From contig JBEUKZ010000065.1 in NCBI GenBank assembly GCA_048128005.1, forward strand, positions 1 through 64,000: DNA of 64,000 bases, written 5' to 3'. Positions 1 to 12,028 of this stretch are shown here, piece by piece. The DNA is from Veleropilina oligotropha. Lineage: Eukaryota. Within the stretch, counting starts at the first letter, position 1, and each line of letters begins with the position of its first letter. Made by a program: the position numbers and the translations under genes. Under the pieces are notes generated by a model. The model was not told where the DNA came from, did not search any database, and was given only the letters and a program-made list of their open reading frames with translations.

Positions 1-597
1 AAAGCGTAATTTTACTTTTAAGTCAAAATGCATCATAACACGTTTATACAAGCAACTGGTTAGACCACATTTAGAATATGCGGTGCAAGCATGGAATCCA
101 TACCTCTCAAAGGATATCCAACTATTGGAACAAGTACAAAGGAGAGCCACAAAATTGGTAGGTGAAATCAGAGAGTTGACATATGAGGATAGGCTCAGAA
201 GCCTTGATCTTACAACATTAACGTTGCGTAGGATAAGAGGTGACATGATTCAAGTATTTAAAATGTTTACAGGAAAAGACAATCTTGATATTAGTTATTT
301 TTTCCAGTTGAACCATAATAAAACAAGGGGGAATAAGTTCAAGATTTACAAAAAGAGGGTCAGGCTAGATGTTAGAAAATACTTTTTCTCAAACCGAGTT
401 GTAGATGAGTGGAATGCCCTTCCTGTCAAGGTGGTGGAGTCCACATCAGTAAATCAATTTAAAAATCGTTTGGATGAGCACTTTAAGAGACAGGGAAGGC
501 TATTGATGACCGAGCTACCAAAATGGGTTTTTATATGAGTTGCAGAAATGCACTTTCTAAACCCAAACAAATTCTATTTTAAGTCTATTTTTTTTTT
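1..597 (+). mobile_element. CR1-clade LINE 3' end (RT C-terminus plus 3' UTR), truncated by window start
   Basis: Translation YKQLVRPHLEYAVQAWNPYL..LEQVQRRATKLV..YEDRLRSLDL..RRIRGDMIQVFK..FFSNRVVDEWNALP is the typical CR1 ORF2 C-terminus; TTCTATTTT/T-rich tail at ~571-597. Confidence 0.85.
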
Positions 598-598
598 A

Positions 599-768
599 AG
601 ACTGATCTTTCGTAAGTGTGATTTTAGTCATGGGAACGGATTCGAAACCGTGCGAAAGGATTGCAATCCGTTCGCACGTTTTCGAATCCGCTCGCACGGT
701 TTGCAATCCTTTCGCACGGTTTCGAATCCGTTCCCACGACTAAAATCACACTTACGAAAGATCAGTCT
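599..768. mobile_element. Short foldback/MITE-like element
   Basis: AGACTGATCTTTCGTAAGTGTGATTTTAGTC... at 599 is inverted at 738-768; interior is ~20-bp GCGAACGGATTCGAAACCGT-type units also seen at 2205-2400. Confidence 0.65.
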
Positions 769-795
769 ATATACCTATACGCATAGGTAGATACC

Positions 796-1160
796 TTGTT
801 CTTAAAAATGAATTTGGAAGAAAAATTCAATGTTATTGCGCATTATTTTGAAGTTGGTTTAAAATATCTGTATATATGCCATGCAATCTGTCATGGAGAA
901 ATAATATCGGAAAGGCATTTGAAAAGGAACTTAAAAGCAATGTGTCTCTGTCGTCGCAAGCAATACAGCAACATCGGGGATATCTTCGATTTTATTCAAA
1001 AGGAAATGCAAGAAAGTTGACGCCTTCATGGATATCGTTGGATGCACGAGAAATGTCGTGGAAATGACATACATTGTCAGCAGGAAGATGTCCGCATTAT
1101 TATGGGTATTCTTGACCCCGAGGGTATGGTGCAGAGACGCAAAAGACGGCTTATACAGTG
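796..1160 (+). pseudogene. Degenerate DDE transposase N-terminal fragment (IS3EU-like)
   Basis: Reading through a stop and a frameshift gives HYFEVGLKY..ISERHLKR..LCRRK..LHGYRWMH..VRIIMGILDPEG..RRKRRL; family assignment is from memory of this motif and is tentative. Confidence 0.5.
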
Positions 1161-2204
1161 GTGCGCATGTATGAGCTATTGACACACTGACGACAGGAGT
1201 GATGAACGACACCTCTATTTTGTTTACAACCATTAGATCAGAACCTGAAAGGGAGAAAATGACATGCAAAAATTATTAGGACATGGATGTACGTTGAGAT
1301 GTATACGAACATGTGCTTCTGACATATATTTGCCTGTATTGTATGCTTTTCGACCACTTTAACTATCTTTCAGTGACATCGCTTTGACGATCATCGGTTT
1401 ACCGTCTCCATCCGAACAGATGGACAATGTACGCTATGGTCGGCTATTATATGAATGTGGGTAAATCTTTTGTCCCATTTAATGCACTGTATCGGGCCAT
1501 TTCGGGATTAGTCCGTATTGTTGTAGAAAGAAGCGCGGATTAACCAGTGAAACCAAGCTCCTCGGTCGGTTTTGGACAACTGTGTCTGATAACATCGCAA
1601 TATATCCGAGAGTATTTCAAGCCACACATCGAAGCCAGTGCAGACAGGCCAAGTAGATTTAGCACACTCCCCCAACACACTCGGACACCGTGCGCCCGCT
1701 ACAATGGGAAAACATTTATACATAGGGTATAAATAAGTGTAAATAACATACCAGTAACAAATATGAAAACCATAGGTCCAGCGGTTCGTTTTCTATTTGA
1801 CAGAAATCAATCTTCCAAATCCAGATTGGAAATACACGAAAACGACCTTGACCTTTATCAATTGACCCCATCTCTGAACTTCGGCAAGGCCTGGTGGTAT
1901 ACAAGGTGTATGCCAAATATGAAAAACGTAGTTCGTCTTCTATTTGACAGAAAGCAATCTTTAAGTTCAGATTGGAAATACACGAAAATGACCTTGACCT
2001 TACAATGTATGTCATTTCCACGACATTTCCATGAAGGCGACCACTTCCTTGCCTCATTTATTGGCTCATGCACATGTATAAAAATAAATATTTATTCATT
2101 GAAAGATGTACCTGTATTTAGTATTAGTATTTTACAGTTCAGTTCAATTTGAAGGAGTGCATGCCACATACGATGAGGTCGTGCTCCGGGATTGCAATCT
2201 CAAT

Positions 2205-2467
2205 ATGTGCGAACGGATTGCAATAAGTGAGAACGGATTCGAAACCGTGCGAACGGATTCGTAACCGTGCGAACGGATGGCAATCCGTGCGAATAGATTG
2301 GGTAATCTGTGGGAATGGATTCAAAACCGTGCGAACGGTTTGCCATCTGTGCGAATGGATTGAGTAATCTATGAGATTGGATTCGAAATCATGCGAATGT
2401 ATTCAAAACTTTTATCACGGATTACTTTATTATATTTTTCTCCCATGTCCCTTCAACGGCTCTGTAT
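2205..2467. mobile_element. DNA-transposon terminus with ~20-bp subterminal tandem repeats
   Basis: Degenerate GTGCGAACGGATTCGAAACC units followed by ...CATGTCCCTTCAACGGCTCTGTA end. Confidence 0.45.
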
Positions 2468-2508
2468 GAAATAAATATCGAAGAGACTGCTCTATATCAA
2501 GTGGAAGG

Positions 2509-2926
2509 TGCACGTTATAACGTGGAAGCTGCACGTTATAACGTGGAAGCTGCACGTTATAACGTGGAAGCTGTACGTTATAACGTGGAAGCTGTACGTT
2601 ATAACGTGGAAGCTGCACGTTATAACGTGGAACCTGCACGTTATAACGTGGAACCTGCACGTTATAACGTGGAAGCTGCACGTTATAACGTGGAAGCTGT
2701 ACGTTATAACGTGGAAGCTGCACGTTATAACGTGGAACCTCCACGTTATAACGTGGAAGCTGCACGTTATAACGTGGAACCTGCACGTTATAACGTGGAA
2801 CCTCCACGTTATAACGTGGAAGCTGCACGTTATAACGTGGAACCTCCACGTTATAACGTAGAAGCTGCACGTTATAACGTGGAAGCTGTACGTTATAACG
2901 TGGAAGCTGTACGTTATAACGTGGAA
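2509..2926. repeat. 21-bp minisatellite, ~20 units, with palindromic core CACGTTATAACGTG
   Basis: Unit TGCACGTTATAACGTGGAAGC seen directly. Confidence 0.95.
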
Positions 2927-3655
2927 ATATTATTTTTTTTACATTCGAATGTGATACCATCCGGCTTTCGTAAATATATATGATTAATAGAGAAGTAAAA
3001 TATCTATATTCACTTCATCTTTGCTTCTTTATTTTGGGTGACTGGACGTTTCATGTGTGTTTTTGTTGCAGATGTGGGTTGCTTCTAAATTGCGTTAAGG
3101 GCAAATGCTTGCACTGTTTATCATACGCACATTAATTTCCACTTGGTCAGAACGGAGTCTGCGAATCACACTCGTCTGAGAAGAGCATAAAGATATATCT
3201 GGCTCCAGTTAATGGTCAGTCTTTAAATACCCAGCTCCGAGTCTACTGTAGTTTGTTTATAAACTCCCGAATTACTGACCACGGATGATGTCCTTCGGAT
3301 ACTGTATATCGTCTGTTAATCTTATACATTAATCGATCCATGATTGTTGGTTTCGACTAATACCGACGCACCAATCCATGGATAATAGACAATATATTTC
3401 TCTGTTTTGAATATAATATGATATATTCGTGTGTGATATCTTACGAAGATGTTTCTGAGCACATAGTATATACGTATTAACAAAAGAAAGCAATCAAGTG
3501 ATGAAGTTCATGTATTTTCGGTAACCCGTCACAAGATCATCTGTGGTATGCAATAATTTTTTTTTTTTTAAACAGATTTTCATCAAGAACGGCCGGGCGA
3601 ACGAAAAGTCAGAGTCACTTCTGCAAGTGCACTGCTACATTTGCATTCCTTCTGA

Positions 3656-5088
3656 AACCAGTGGATCAAGACCTTCCGGTTATGGCTGCCTTATACTATT
3701 GCAGTGAAGGAATACGATAGTCCAGACCATACTAACTCCAACCAGTGGATCAAGACCTTCCGGTTATGGCTGCCTTATACTATTGCAGTGAAGGAATACG
3801 ATAGTCCAGACCATACTAACTCCAACCAGTGGATCAAGACCTTCCGGTTATGGCTGCCTTATACTATTGCAGTGAAGGAATACGATAGTCCAGACCATAC
3901 TAACTCCAACCAGTGGATCAAGACCTTCCGGTTATGGCTGCCTTATACTATTGCAGTGAAGGAATACGATAGTCCAGACCATACTAACTCCAACCAGTGG
4001 ATCAAGACCTTCCGGTTATGGCTGCCTTATACTATTGCAGTGAAGGAATACGATAGTCCAGACCATACTAACTCCAACCAGTGGATCAAGACCTTCCGGT
4101 TATGGCTGCCTTATACTATTGCAGTGAAGGAATACGATAGTCCAGACCATACTAACTCCAACCAGTGGATCAAGACCTTCCGATTATGGCTGCCTTATAC
4201 TATTGCAGTGAAGGAATACGATAGTCCAGACCATACTAACTCCAACCAGTGGATCAAGTCCTTCCGATTATGGCTGCCTTATACTATTGCAGTGAAGGAA
4301 TACGATAGTCCAGACCATACTAACTCCAACCAGTGGATCAAGACCTTCCGGTTATGGCTGCCTTATACTATTGCAGTGAAGGAATACGATAGTCCAGACC
4401 ATACTAACTCCAACCAGTGGATAAAGACCTTCCGATTATGGCTGCCTTATACTATTGCAGTGAAGGAATACGATAGTCCAGACCATACTAACTCCAACCA
4501 GTGGATCAAGACCTTCCGGTTATGGCTGCCTTATACTATTGCAGTGAAGGAATACGATAGTCCAGACCATACTAACTCCAACCAGTGGATCAAGACCTTC
4601 CGGTTATGGCTGCCTTATACTATTGCAGTGAATGAATACGATAGTCCAGACCATACTAACTCCAACCAGTGGATCAAGACCTTCCGGTTATGGCTGCCTT
4701 ATACTATTGCAGTGAAGGAATACGATAGTCCAGACCATACTAACTCCAACCAGTGGATCAAGACCTTCCGGTTATGGCTGCCTTATACTATTGCAGTGAA
4801 GGAATACGATAGTCCAGACCATACTAACTCCAACCAGTGGATCAAGACCTTCCGGTTATGGCTGCCTTATACTATTGCAGTGAAGAAATACGATAGTCCT
4901 GACCATACTAACTCCAACCAGTGGATCAAGACCTTCCTATTATGGCTGCCTTATACTATTGCAGTGAAGGAATACGATAGTCCAGACCATACTAACTCCA
5001 ACCAGTGGATCAAGACCTTCCGATTATGGCTGCCTTATACTATTGCAGTGAAGGAATACGATAGTCCAGACCATACTAACTCCAACCA
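3656..5088. repeat. 84-bp tandem repeat, 17 near-identical units
   Basis: Unit AACCAGTGGATCAAGACCTTCCGGTTATGGCTGCC...CCATACTAACTCC; 3656+17x84=5084. Confidence 0.97.
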
Positions 5089-5439
5089 TATAACCACAAC
5101 TCTATATATAGTTAGTAAAATAAGACATTTAACGCTAAATAGTAGCACAATTGAAAATCATTCTGAATTATGATAGTCAGCTCGGTTACGACTAGCTATC
5201 AGCAAATTGGCCAACTAATGAGGTTACGTATTCGTTTCGCGCCCTGCTTCTCCGGGATAAGCGCTTACCTTTTATAAGGATTTTTAAGGCAGTTATCGTG
5301 ATGTATCCTACAGGGAATCATCTCGTGTAATGCAGAACATCAGGTTTGAGACCAAGGTGGTCGAGTGATCAAGCGCTCTTTACTGACATATATATATATT
5401 CATCACATGAACCCCTTGGAATGGCCAATCCGATAGCCT

Positions 5440-5680
5440 GTCGTCTCAAGTGCCGACTCTGAAATCACTAGCTAGACTGCTCTGACTAACAGAAGTGCGT
5501 TCGAATCTCGGTCGGAGCATTGACATTCTTTATTCAGTTGCTAACTACAGTTGTTCGTGCCTGGCCGCAAAGGGCGTGTTCTCCCGCCGACCGGGCTTTC
5601 CTTCCGCGATAATATGGACATGTATACATGTCTCGGTTTGAATCTGAAGGTTGTAAATATATATGTTAAGCATCGATCCA
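5440..5680 (+). mobile_element. tRNA-derived SINE (diverged copy)
   Basis: B-box-like GTTCGAATC at ~5498 and core GGGCGTGTTCTCCCGCCGACCGGGCTTTCCTTCCGCGATAATATGGACATGT shared with copies at 55571, 56600 and 60865. Confidence 0.7.
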
Positions 5681-7050
5681 ATCCAAATTAGCTTGGCATG
5701 GTGTTTAATTAGCGAGAGGTAGCTTGAATTTGAGGACATGGAGAAAATCCACCTGTCGGATTAAAGCAGGTCGAAACCGTTTCCGTTGCGCGTGATTGAC
5801 AGACGTATTCGGGCTTAGATGCAATGAAACATAGCATGCACATCCGACATGTACATAATAATTATCAATTGTGTCAATAATATGCGCAGGAAATGACCAT
5901 CAATATTGTTATATATGTGCTAGATAATATACTGCCACCCTGAGAGAAATCAGGCATAATGCCACGAGCGACAGTGAGAAGATATCATCGAGGGGTGGCG
6001 GTTTAACATTAATAATATTAATAGCCCGTTCTTTTATAGCGCATGTTATCATCCGTCTTAATGCGCTCGACATATTATTACCCTGGTTATGGGCCTGTTC
6101 CACTCTATATTCCATCTCAACTCCATCCGAAAGCATTACAGTCAGTATACACGCTGTAACTTGCATAACTGCCTACCGGGTACACATTCAGATCGGCTGG
6201 ATCGACCGAGGCAAGTAACATCGCCGAGGCCGGGAGAACTCCAGACTCGATCTGTCACCAATTAAAGTCCTTTGATCAACCCACTGGGCCACGACGGCGC
6301 ATAATATGTCATACATAGGCCTATGATGAAAATCTATTGAAAATTGGAAGCTGTAAACATGGAATTGCCCATGATACCGCGCCCATGCGGTGATATGAAA
6401 CCAACTGCTGGGCGCGACCCGAGTTAATCTCATTGTTTGGTCAATTACCTGGAACAATGGTGTAACTGTCACTGCGAGTCTTATATCAAACTTGAACTGG
6501 TTCATTGTACCGGTATGTATGAAAAATATAAAAAAAATTGATCAGTATCGGCATGAGAATGGATTGTTGATAGTCTACTAAAAGATTAGATGTCGTCATC
6601 AGAAAATCCCGTACACGCACCTGTTAATATAATTTGATCTCACTGACTTTATAAATCATATTGATGACCATGTCATTTACAACTTTTCCTAATTCCGACA
6701 AAAATATTTCCGGTGGCAGAAACACTATAAATAGGCCTACGTTTCAATAAAACATAAATAATTTATTAATAAGCAATACTAAACGTATTTCACCATATCA
6801 ATTGGTACAGGTATTAGAAATATTTACGATGGATTTGATAATAATATGGCGTGTTCGATTTGGATAATTCTACAATTCGGAATACGAGTTGTAGAATAAC
6901 TACGCATGCGCAATTCAACAGAATAGTGTGGGCAAATCGAACAGTAAAATAACCGCATCGGAATTATCGCACATGCGCACATTGCCATAACTGTATTCGG
7001 AATAATTTGTCCAAATAAAACGGTTAATTCAGAATTCCAGAATAGGAAAA

Positions 7051-8346
7051 ATGGCCGCCGACAAAAATGTATTATTGCTGCCGATTTTGATGGAGACGCT
7101 GGACTGCGACAACGATGTCACATCAAATAGCAGCATCATTCCTGTGCTGGCACTATCATTAGCTATAGGGTAAGCATTGTGTAGTACACATGGTGAGAGC
7201 AACACCGTGGCATACATCAGCCACTATCAACACGTTTGTGATAATTCCAATTGTGAAACTTCTTTGTTCTTAACACTCGTAAGTAACAATGTCTTGCGAA
7301 ACATTACTCTTAAAAACGTTTTTATTTCCGTTTTTCAGACACAGAGAGAAAAAAGCAAAGATAATGGGCTATGTTGAAACTGTAGTTCCGATGTACAACT
7401 TCCAACAGTTCAAGACATTCTTTAGACTAAGTAGACATACATTTGAAAATCTCCTTATTCGAATATCCACAAGAGCAGAGTTTATACCAAGATACCCAGC
7501 AGCAGGCAGAGAACGAATATCAAATGAAAAAATCTTGCTCATGACATTATGGTATTTGGCAAATCATGATAGTGTTCGATGTATCGCAGACAGATTTAAT
7601 GTTTCTGAAGCCACATTTATTATTTGGCAGAGACGAGTTATTGATGCCCTGTGTGAATTTTCACATGTTGTTATCAGATGGCCTGACGGACAAGCGCAAA
7701 GGCAGATCATTGACAGCTTTCATAGAAAAAATGGACTTCCTGGCGTTTTGGGGGATATCGATGGAACTCGCATACGTATTGAGGCTCCGTCTGATCATCC
7801 TGTGGATTATTACAATAGCAAAGGATATCATTCGGTTGTACTCCAAGCAGTTTGCCGGGAAGATCGGTGTTTCACCAACATATATTGTGGCTGGCCGGGC
7901 AAGGTTCATGATGCGAGAGTGTTTAGAAATTCTCCTTTATACGACATGGGTCCAAATTTGTGTGGAATGAATCATCTGCTAGGAGACGCCACGGAGCTTA
8001 TCCGGTGAAATCCTAGTTACTCGTGCCATATCGAGATAATGGACATCTTACGGAAGCTCAGAAGACCTTTAACAAGAAGCTATCACAGATCAGAGTTGTT
8101 ATAGAACAAACTTTTGGTATTCTTAAAGGCAGATTCCGAAGATTACAGTATGTAATGGTCAGAGATATTGAAAACATTGTTAAAGTTGTTGTTGCCTGTT
8201 GTGCATTGCATAATATTTGTATTCTGAATGACGACGAATTAGAAGACATTTTCAGTGAAGTTGAAGTGAATGGAATAAATGTGGTGGGTGCCAATGATGA
8301 TGTTCACGGTGAACAAAAGAGAATCTCTATTACAGACTTATTCTGA
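7051..8346 (+). pseudogene. Harbinger (HARBI1-like) transposase, disrupted; exons 7051-7169 and 7339-8346
   Basis: Same as copy 2 but with a 5-bp insertion at ~7987, TGG>TAG at ~8014 and GAIDG>GDIDG. Confidence 0.88.
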
Positions 8347-8579
8347 GTAAATAATAAAAGCATGTGCGCAAATATCTATGGTAAATTCAGTTACACATGT
8401 ACAAAATCTACTACAATATGGATATTAAAAGTTAATTTGTTTTTTTTATAAATATATTTGCTCTATTGTTTCATCTTAAAAATGTAAGCAAACAGTTCAT
8501 CTTGAGAAAAGAAACTTAATTGAATGATACATCTACAATTAAAAAAATCTTGGTGGGCTTGTCGGTCCTATTATTATAA

Positions 8580-8912
8580 TGAGTCTCGGAATGGATTCAT
8601 GCTAAATGTTCTGTACATTTACATCCTTCAGGTTCAAGGCAGGACATGTACATACTATCGTGGGATGAAAGTCCACGTTCAAGGCAGCACATGTACATAC
8701 TATCGTGGGATGAAAGTTCACGTTCAAGGCAGGACATGTACATACTATCGTGGGATGAAAGTCCACGGGAAAATCCACCTCCTTCGGACAGTCATTGACA
8801 ACTTTGATTGATAACGTAACAAAGAATGTCATTACCCCAGCAAGATTCTAACTCCTTCCTGTTAGTTAGCGAAATCGAGCCCGTGATTTCAGAGCGGACA
8901 CTCGAAACCACA
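8580..8912 (-). mobile_element. SINE inserted inside the Harbinger (also at ~13555-13795); 45-bp segment triplicated at 8632-8766 in copy 1 only
   Basis: GTTCAAGGCAGGACATGT... matches the SINE at 55571-55786 in the same orientation. Confidence 0.7.
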
Positions 8913-9589
8913 TGAGTTTATTAAGATTAGTCGCGTCAACCATGTATGCCCATAAAATGTTCAAATTGACATCAATTGTATACATGTAAAATGTGGAAGG
9001 TCTTTGGTGATTAGGCAAAGACATATTTGCTGTCACTGTTGTATAGAACGTTTTGAAACATTCGGTCTCCCCTACAGTCCAATGTAATTTCACATTTGGC
9101 AAACGATGTCAGATATTTCAATGAAATTGCATGTATGTCTGCAACGGTCGATGGAAATATTTTTCGCAATATCTTCTGCACAAGGCTTCACCCATACAGC
9201 AAACATCTTCATTAATATGATCACAGTTCTTCCCATGAGCAAACGACACCATTTAATGAATCAGTGATGATTGTATCTGCATGATTACTAATTTAGTATA
9301 TTTAATTATCCTGTAGGGTAATAGTACTATAGGTCGAATATTTTGTGACATTGGCTCCAGGGTCAGCATGGTAGAGTTAATACGGTGCTGGTCTGTTAAC
9401 GCGTACACAGCACCCATCGGCATGGTCATCTTTGGAATGATCGTTAAACAACAATTCATCACATCGGCCCCACTCTAGGAATATACCTAATATCCATTGC
9501 AAAAACAATCAGAACATTGGATTGGAGACATTTAATTAACAATAAATTAAAACAAGCAATTGTTTAACAGCAAATATAAATATGTGTAA

Positions 9590-10358
9590 GCTGACACTAA
9601 CTTACTGTTGAAAGTTTGTAGATAATAAATGAAGCACTTTCATTTATATAATAATGGACAAAGCCAACATTTGTACTTAAGTATTACCAGTACGTGATTA
9701 AAAATGTAATTATACATTTAACAAAGAACACTGATAGTGTTGATAATAAATGAAGCACTTTCAATTAGATAATAATGGACAGAGCCAACATTTGTAATTA
9801 AGTATTACCAGTACGTGATAAAAAATGTAATTATACATTTTAGGATAATACATTTAACAAAGAACTGACACTAACTTTCTGTTGAAAAGTTTGTAGATAA
9901 TAAATGAAGCACTTGCTTTATATAATAATGAACAAAGCCAACATTTGTAATTAAGTATTACCAGTACGTGATAAAAAAATGTATTTATACATTTTAGGAT
10001 AATACATTTAACAAAGAACTGACACTAACTTTCTGTTGTAGATAATAAATTGCATTTATATAATAATGGAAAAAGCCAACATTTGTAATTAAGTATTATC
10101 AGTACGTAATAAAAAATGTAATTATACATTTTAGGATAATATATTTAGCAAAGAACACTGAGTGTTGATAATAAATGAAGCACTTTCATTTATATAATAA
10201 TGGACAAAGCCACCATTTGTAATTACGTATTATCAGTACGTGATACAAAATGTAATTATACATTTTAAGATAACATATTTAACAAAGAACACTGATAGTG
10301 TTGATAATAAATGAAGTGCATGCATTCATATAATAATTAACAAAGACAGCATTTGTAA
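9590..10358. repeat. AT-rich ~120-150-bp tandem repeats inside the Harbinger (fewer units at 14475-15107)
   Basis: Recurring GATAATAAATGAAGCACTT..AAAGCCAACATTTGTAATTAAGTATTACCAGTACGTGAT. Confidence 0.85.
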
Positions 10359-11030
10359 TTAAGATATACCAACTTGATTGTACATGCTGTACAATGCTCT
10401 GGGGTAATGCAGAAAATTAGATGGAATTTGGTCAATTATATTGTGCCCAAATGTTATTTTGCCACACAAATCATTAAGCAATTGTGCCCATTCTTGTTTG
10501 TTCCTACTTTCCATTTCAACCATAACAAAACGCAGTCTTGGAATATTGTAAAGGAATTTCCGAACCGTACAAGATGAGAAAGGCACAGTCCTGGTGATCT
10601 GGAGGGTAACAGTCCCAACCAACTTCAGTGCATCTAAGACTACATTCATGTCACATAAACAGATATTTCTCATTCCATCAATAGTTAAAAGCATAAGATG
10701 AGGTCGCATATTAAGAAGAGTGCTGGCAAATGATTTTAATAATTTTATGTTATGAGAAGTAGTTGTTGCTTCTGCCAATAAGGTAACGTACTTAACTTTA
10801 GGTGTTAAATACATAAAATTGAAATTGTGACAGTGTTTCAATGGTATAACCCAACAGTTAAATGATTGTAATATTTGGCATCTTAGGTCCCGATTGATCT
10901 GTAAAATATTTCTGGAATCTTCCTCGGATAAATAAATTCTTATCAGCCTCCATATCTCTTCTGGAAGTGAGTTCAGATTTCCAATAGCTGAAAGAAAAAG
11001 TAAATATGTAATTTCATAGGAGACGAACAT
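10359..11030 (-). CDS. Harbinger-borne F-box-like protein (copy 1), 223-aa ORF
   Basis: LNSLPEEIWRLIRIYLSEEDSRNILQINRDLR fits the F-box pattern LP.EI...I..YL...D...L..V.R.LR; a pyrimidine-rich TTTCAG just before it may be the true exon start. Confidence 0.6.
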   Translation of the reverse strand: MFVSYEITYLLFLSAIGNLNSLPEEIWRLIRIYLSEEDSRNILQINRDLRCQILQSFNCWVIPLKHCHNFNFMYLTPKVKYVTLLAEATTTSHNIKLLKSFASTLLNMRPHLMLLTIDGMRNICLCDMNVVLDALKLVGTVTLQITRTVPFSSCTVRKFLYNIPRLRFVMVEMESRNKQEWAQLLNDLCGKITFGHNIIDQIPSNFLHYPRALYSMYNQVGIS

Positions 11031-12028
11031 ATTGATGACAATGACACATACATTTTAACCCGAGGCTTTGGTTCTTATGCGATTGATGCTTTGGAAAATC
11101 CTCTGTTGTTATATTGTGGCATGTTCAACATTTCATAACATTATCATATAATATTATCGACTAAGGTACGCGTTACGGTACAGTACGGTACGGGTGAGAA
11201 GAGGTATATCATTATCCCATCACTGTTCAATATTAAAGTATTGCAGTATCATATAGGAAATTAAAAGTTATTAACCCTTTTTATTAACAATGGTGCGCCT
11301 CAAGTATTACCAGACAACCATAATTGATAGTTCTGAATATGGAACAGTGTTGGGAATGTGGAAACACAATATCGAAGTTCCCTGTAATCACACAGGATGT
11401 AAGAGTAAATTTAAATAGCTGCTATATAGTGAAATAAGCGCAAAATTTCATGTGAACTCCTCTGATTATTAAATTACCCTTTCAGGTAAACATACTTTTG
11501 CTAAAGCCACCTTATTTTTTTAGGACATCAATGAGACTTTTAAGAAGTTGCACTTTCTCGTCATGCTGTACTTTTGCCTCCTCGCGTCTTTGTTGCTCCA
11601 ATGCCGACATATTATCAGTGTATTCATGCAAAAACGATAATACTTGTGATGTCTGGCCTTGCGATTTTCTTTCACGCTTCATTTTTTTTTTTTTGATGAT
11701 GACGTTGTTGGCTTCGTCGGAACATCTGACCCCATCACAAAGGCTGGTTCAGAATACAATTCTGGTACAAATCGAACATTTTAGAATATATTCGGAGTTA
11801 TAGAATGTGCAAATCGAACACGCCATACGTGTTCGATTTGGATAATTCTACAATTCGGAATACGAGTTGTAGAATAACTACGCATGCGCAATTCAACAGA
11901 ATAGTGTGGGCAAATCGAACAGTAAAATAACCGCATCGGAATTATCGCACATGCGCACATTGCCATAACTGTATTCGGAATAATTTGTCCAAATAAAACG
12001 GTTAATTCAGAATTCCAGAATAGGAAAA

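Larger units (their letters stand above)
6848..11824 (+). mobile_element. PIF/Harbinger DNA transposon copy 1 (internally deleted, defective)
   Basis: TIRs GGCGTGTTCGATTTG (6848) / CAAATCGAACACGCC (ends 11824), flanked by AT on both sides; HARBI1-like transposase; most of ORF2 deleted (junction near 11750). Confidence 0.9.

Noticed and set aside
1049..2029. ~28-bp inverted copy of the transposase fragment (1049-1077 vs ~2002-2029)
   Set aside because: A short rearrangement within decayed TE sequence; no evidence of function
2430..2983. ORFs with RYNVE/RYNVQ heptads
   Set aside because: Translation of a 21-bp palindromic minisatellite
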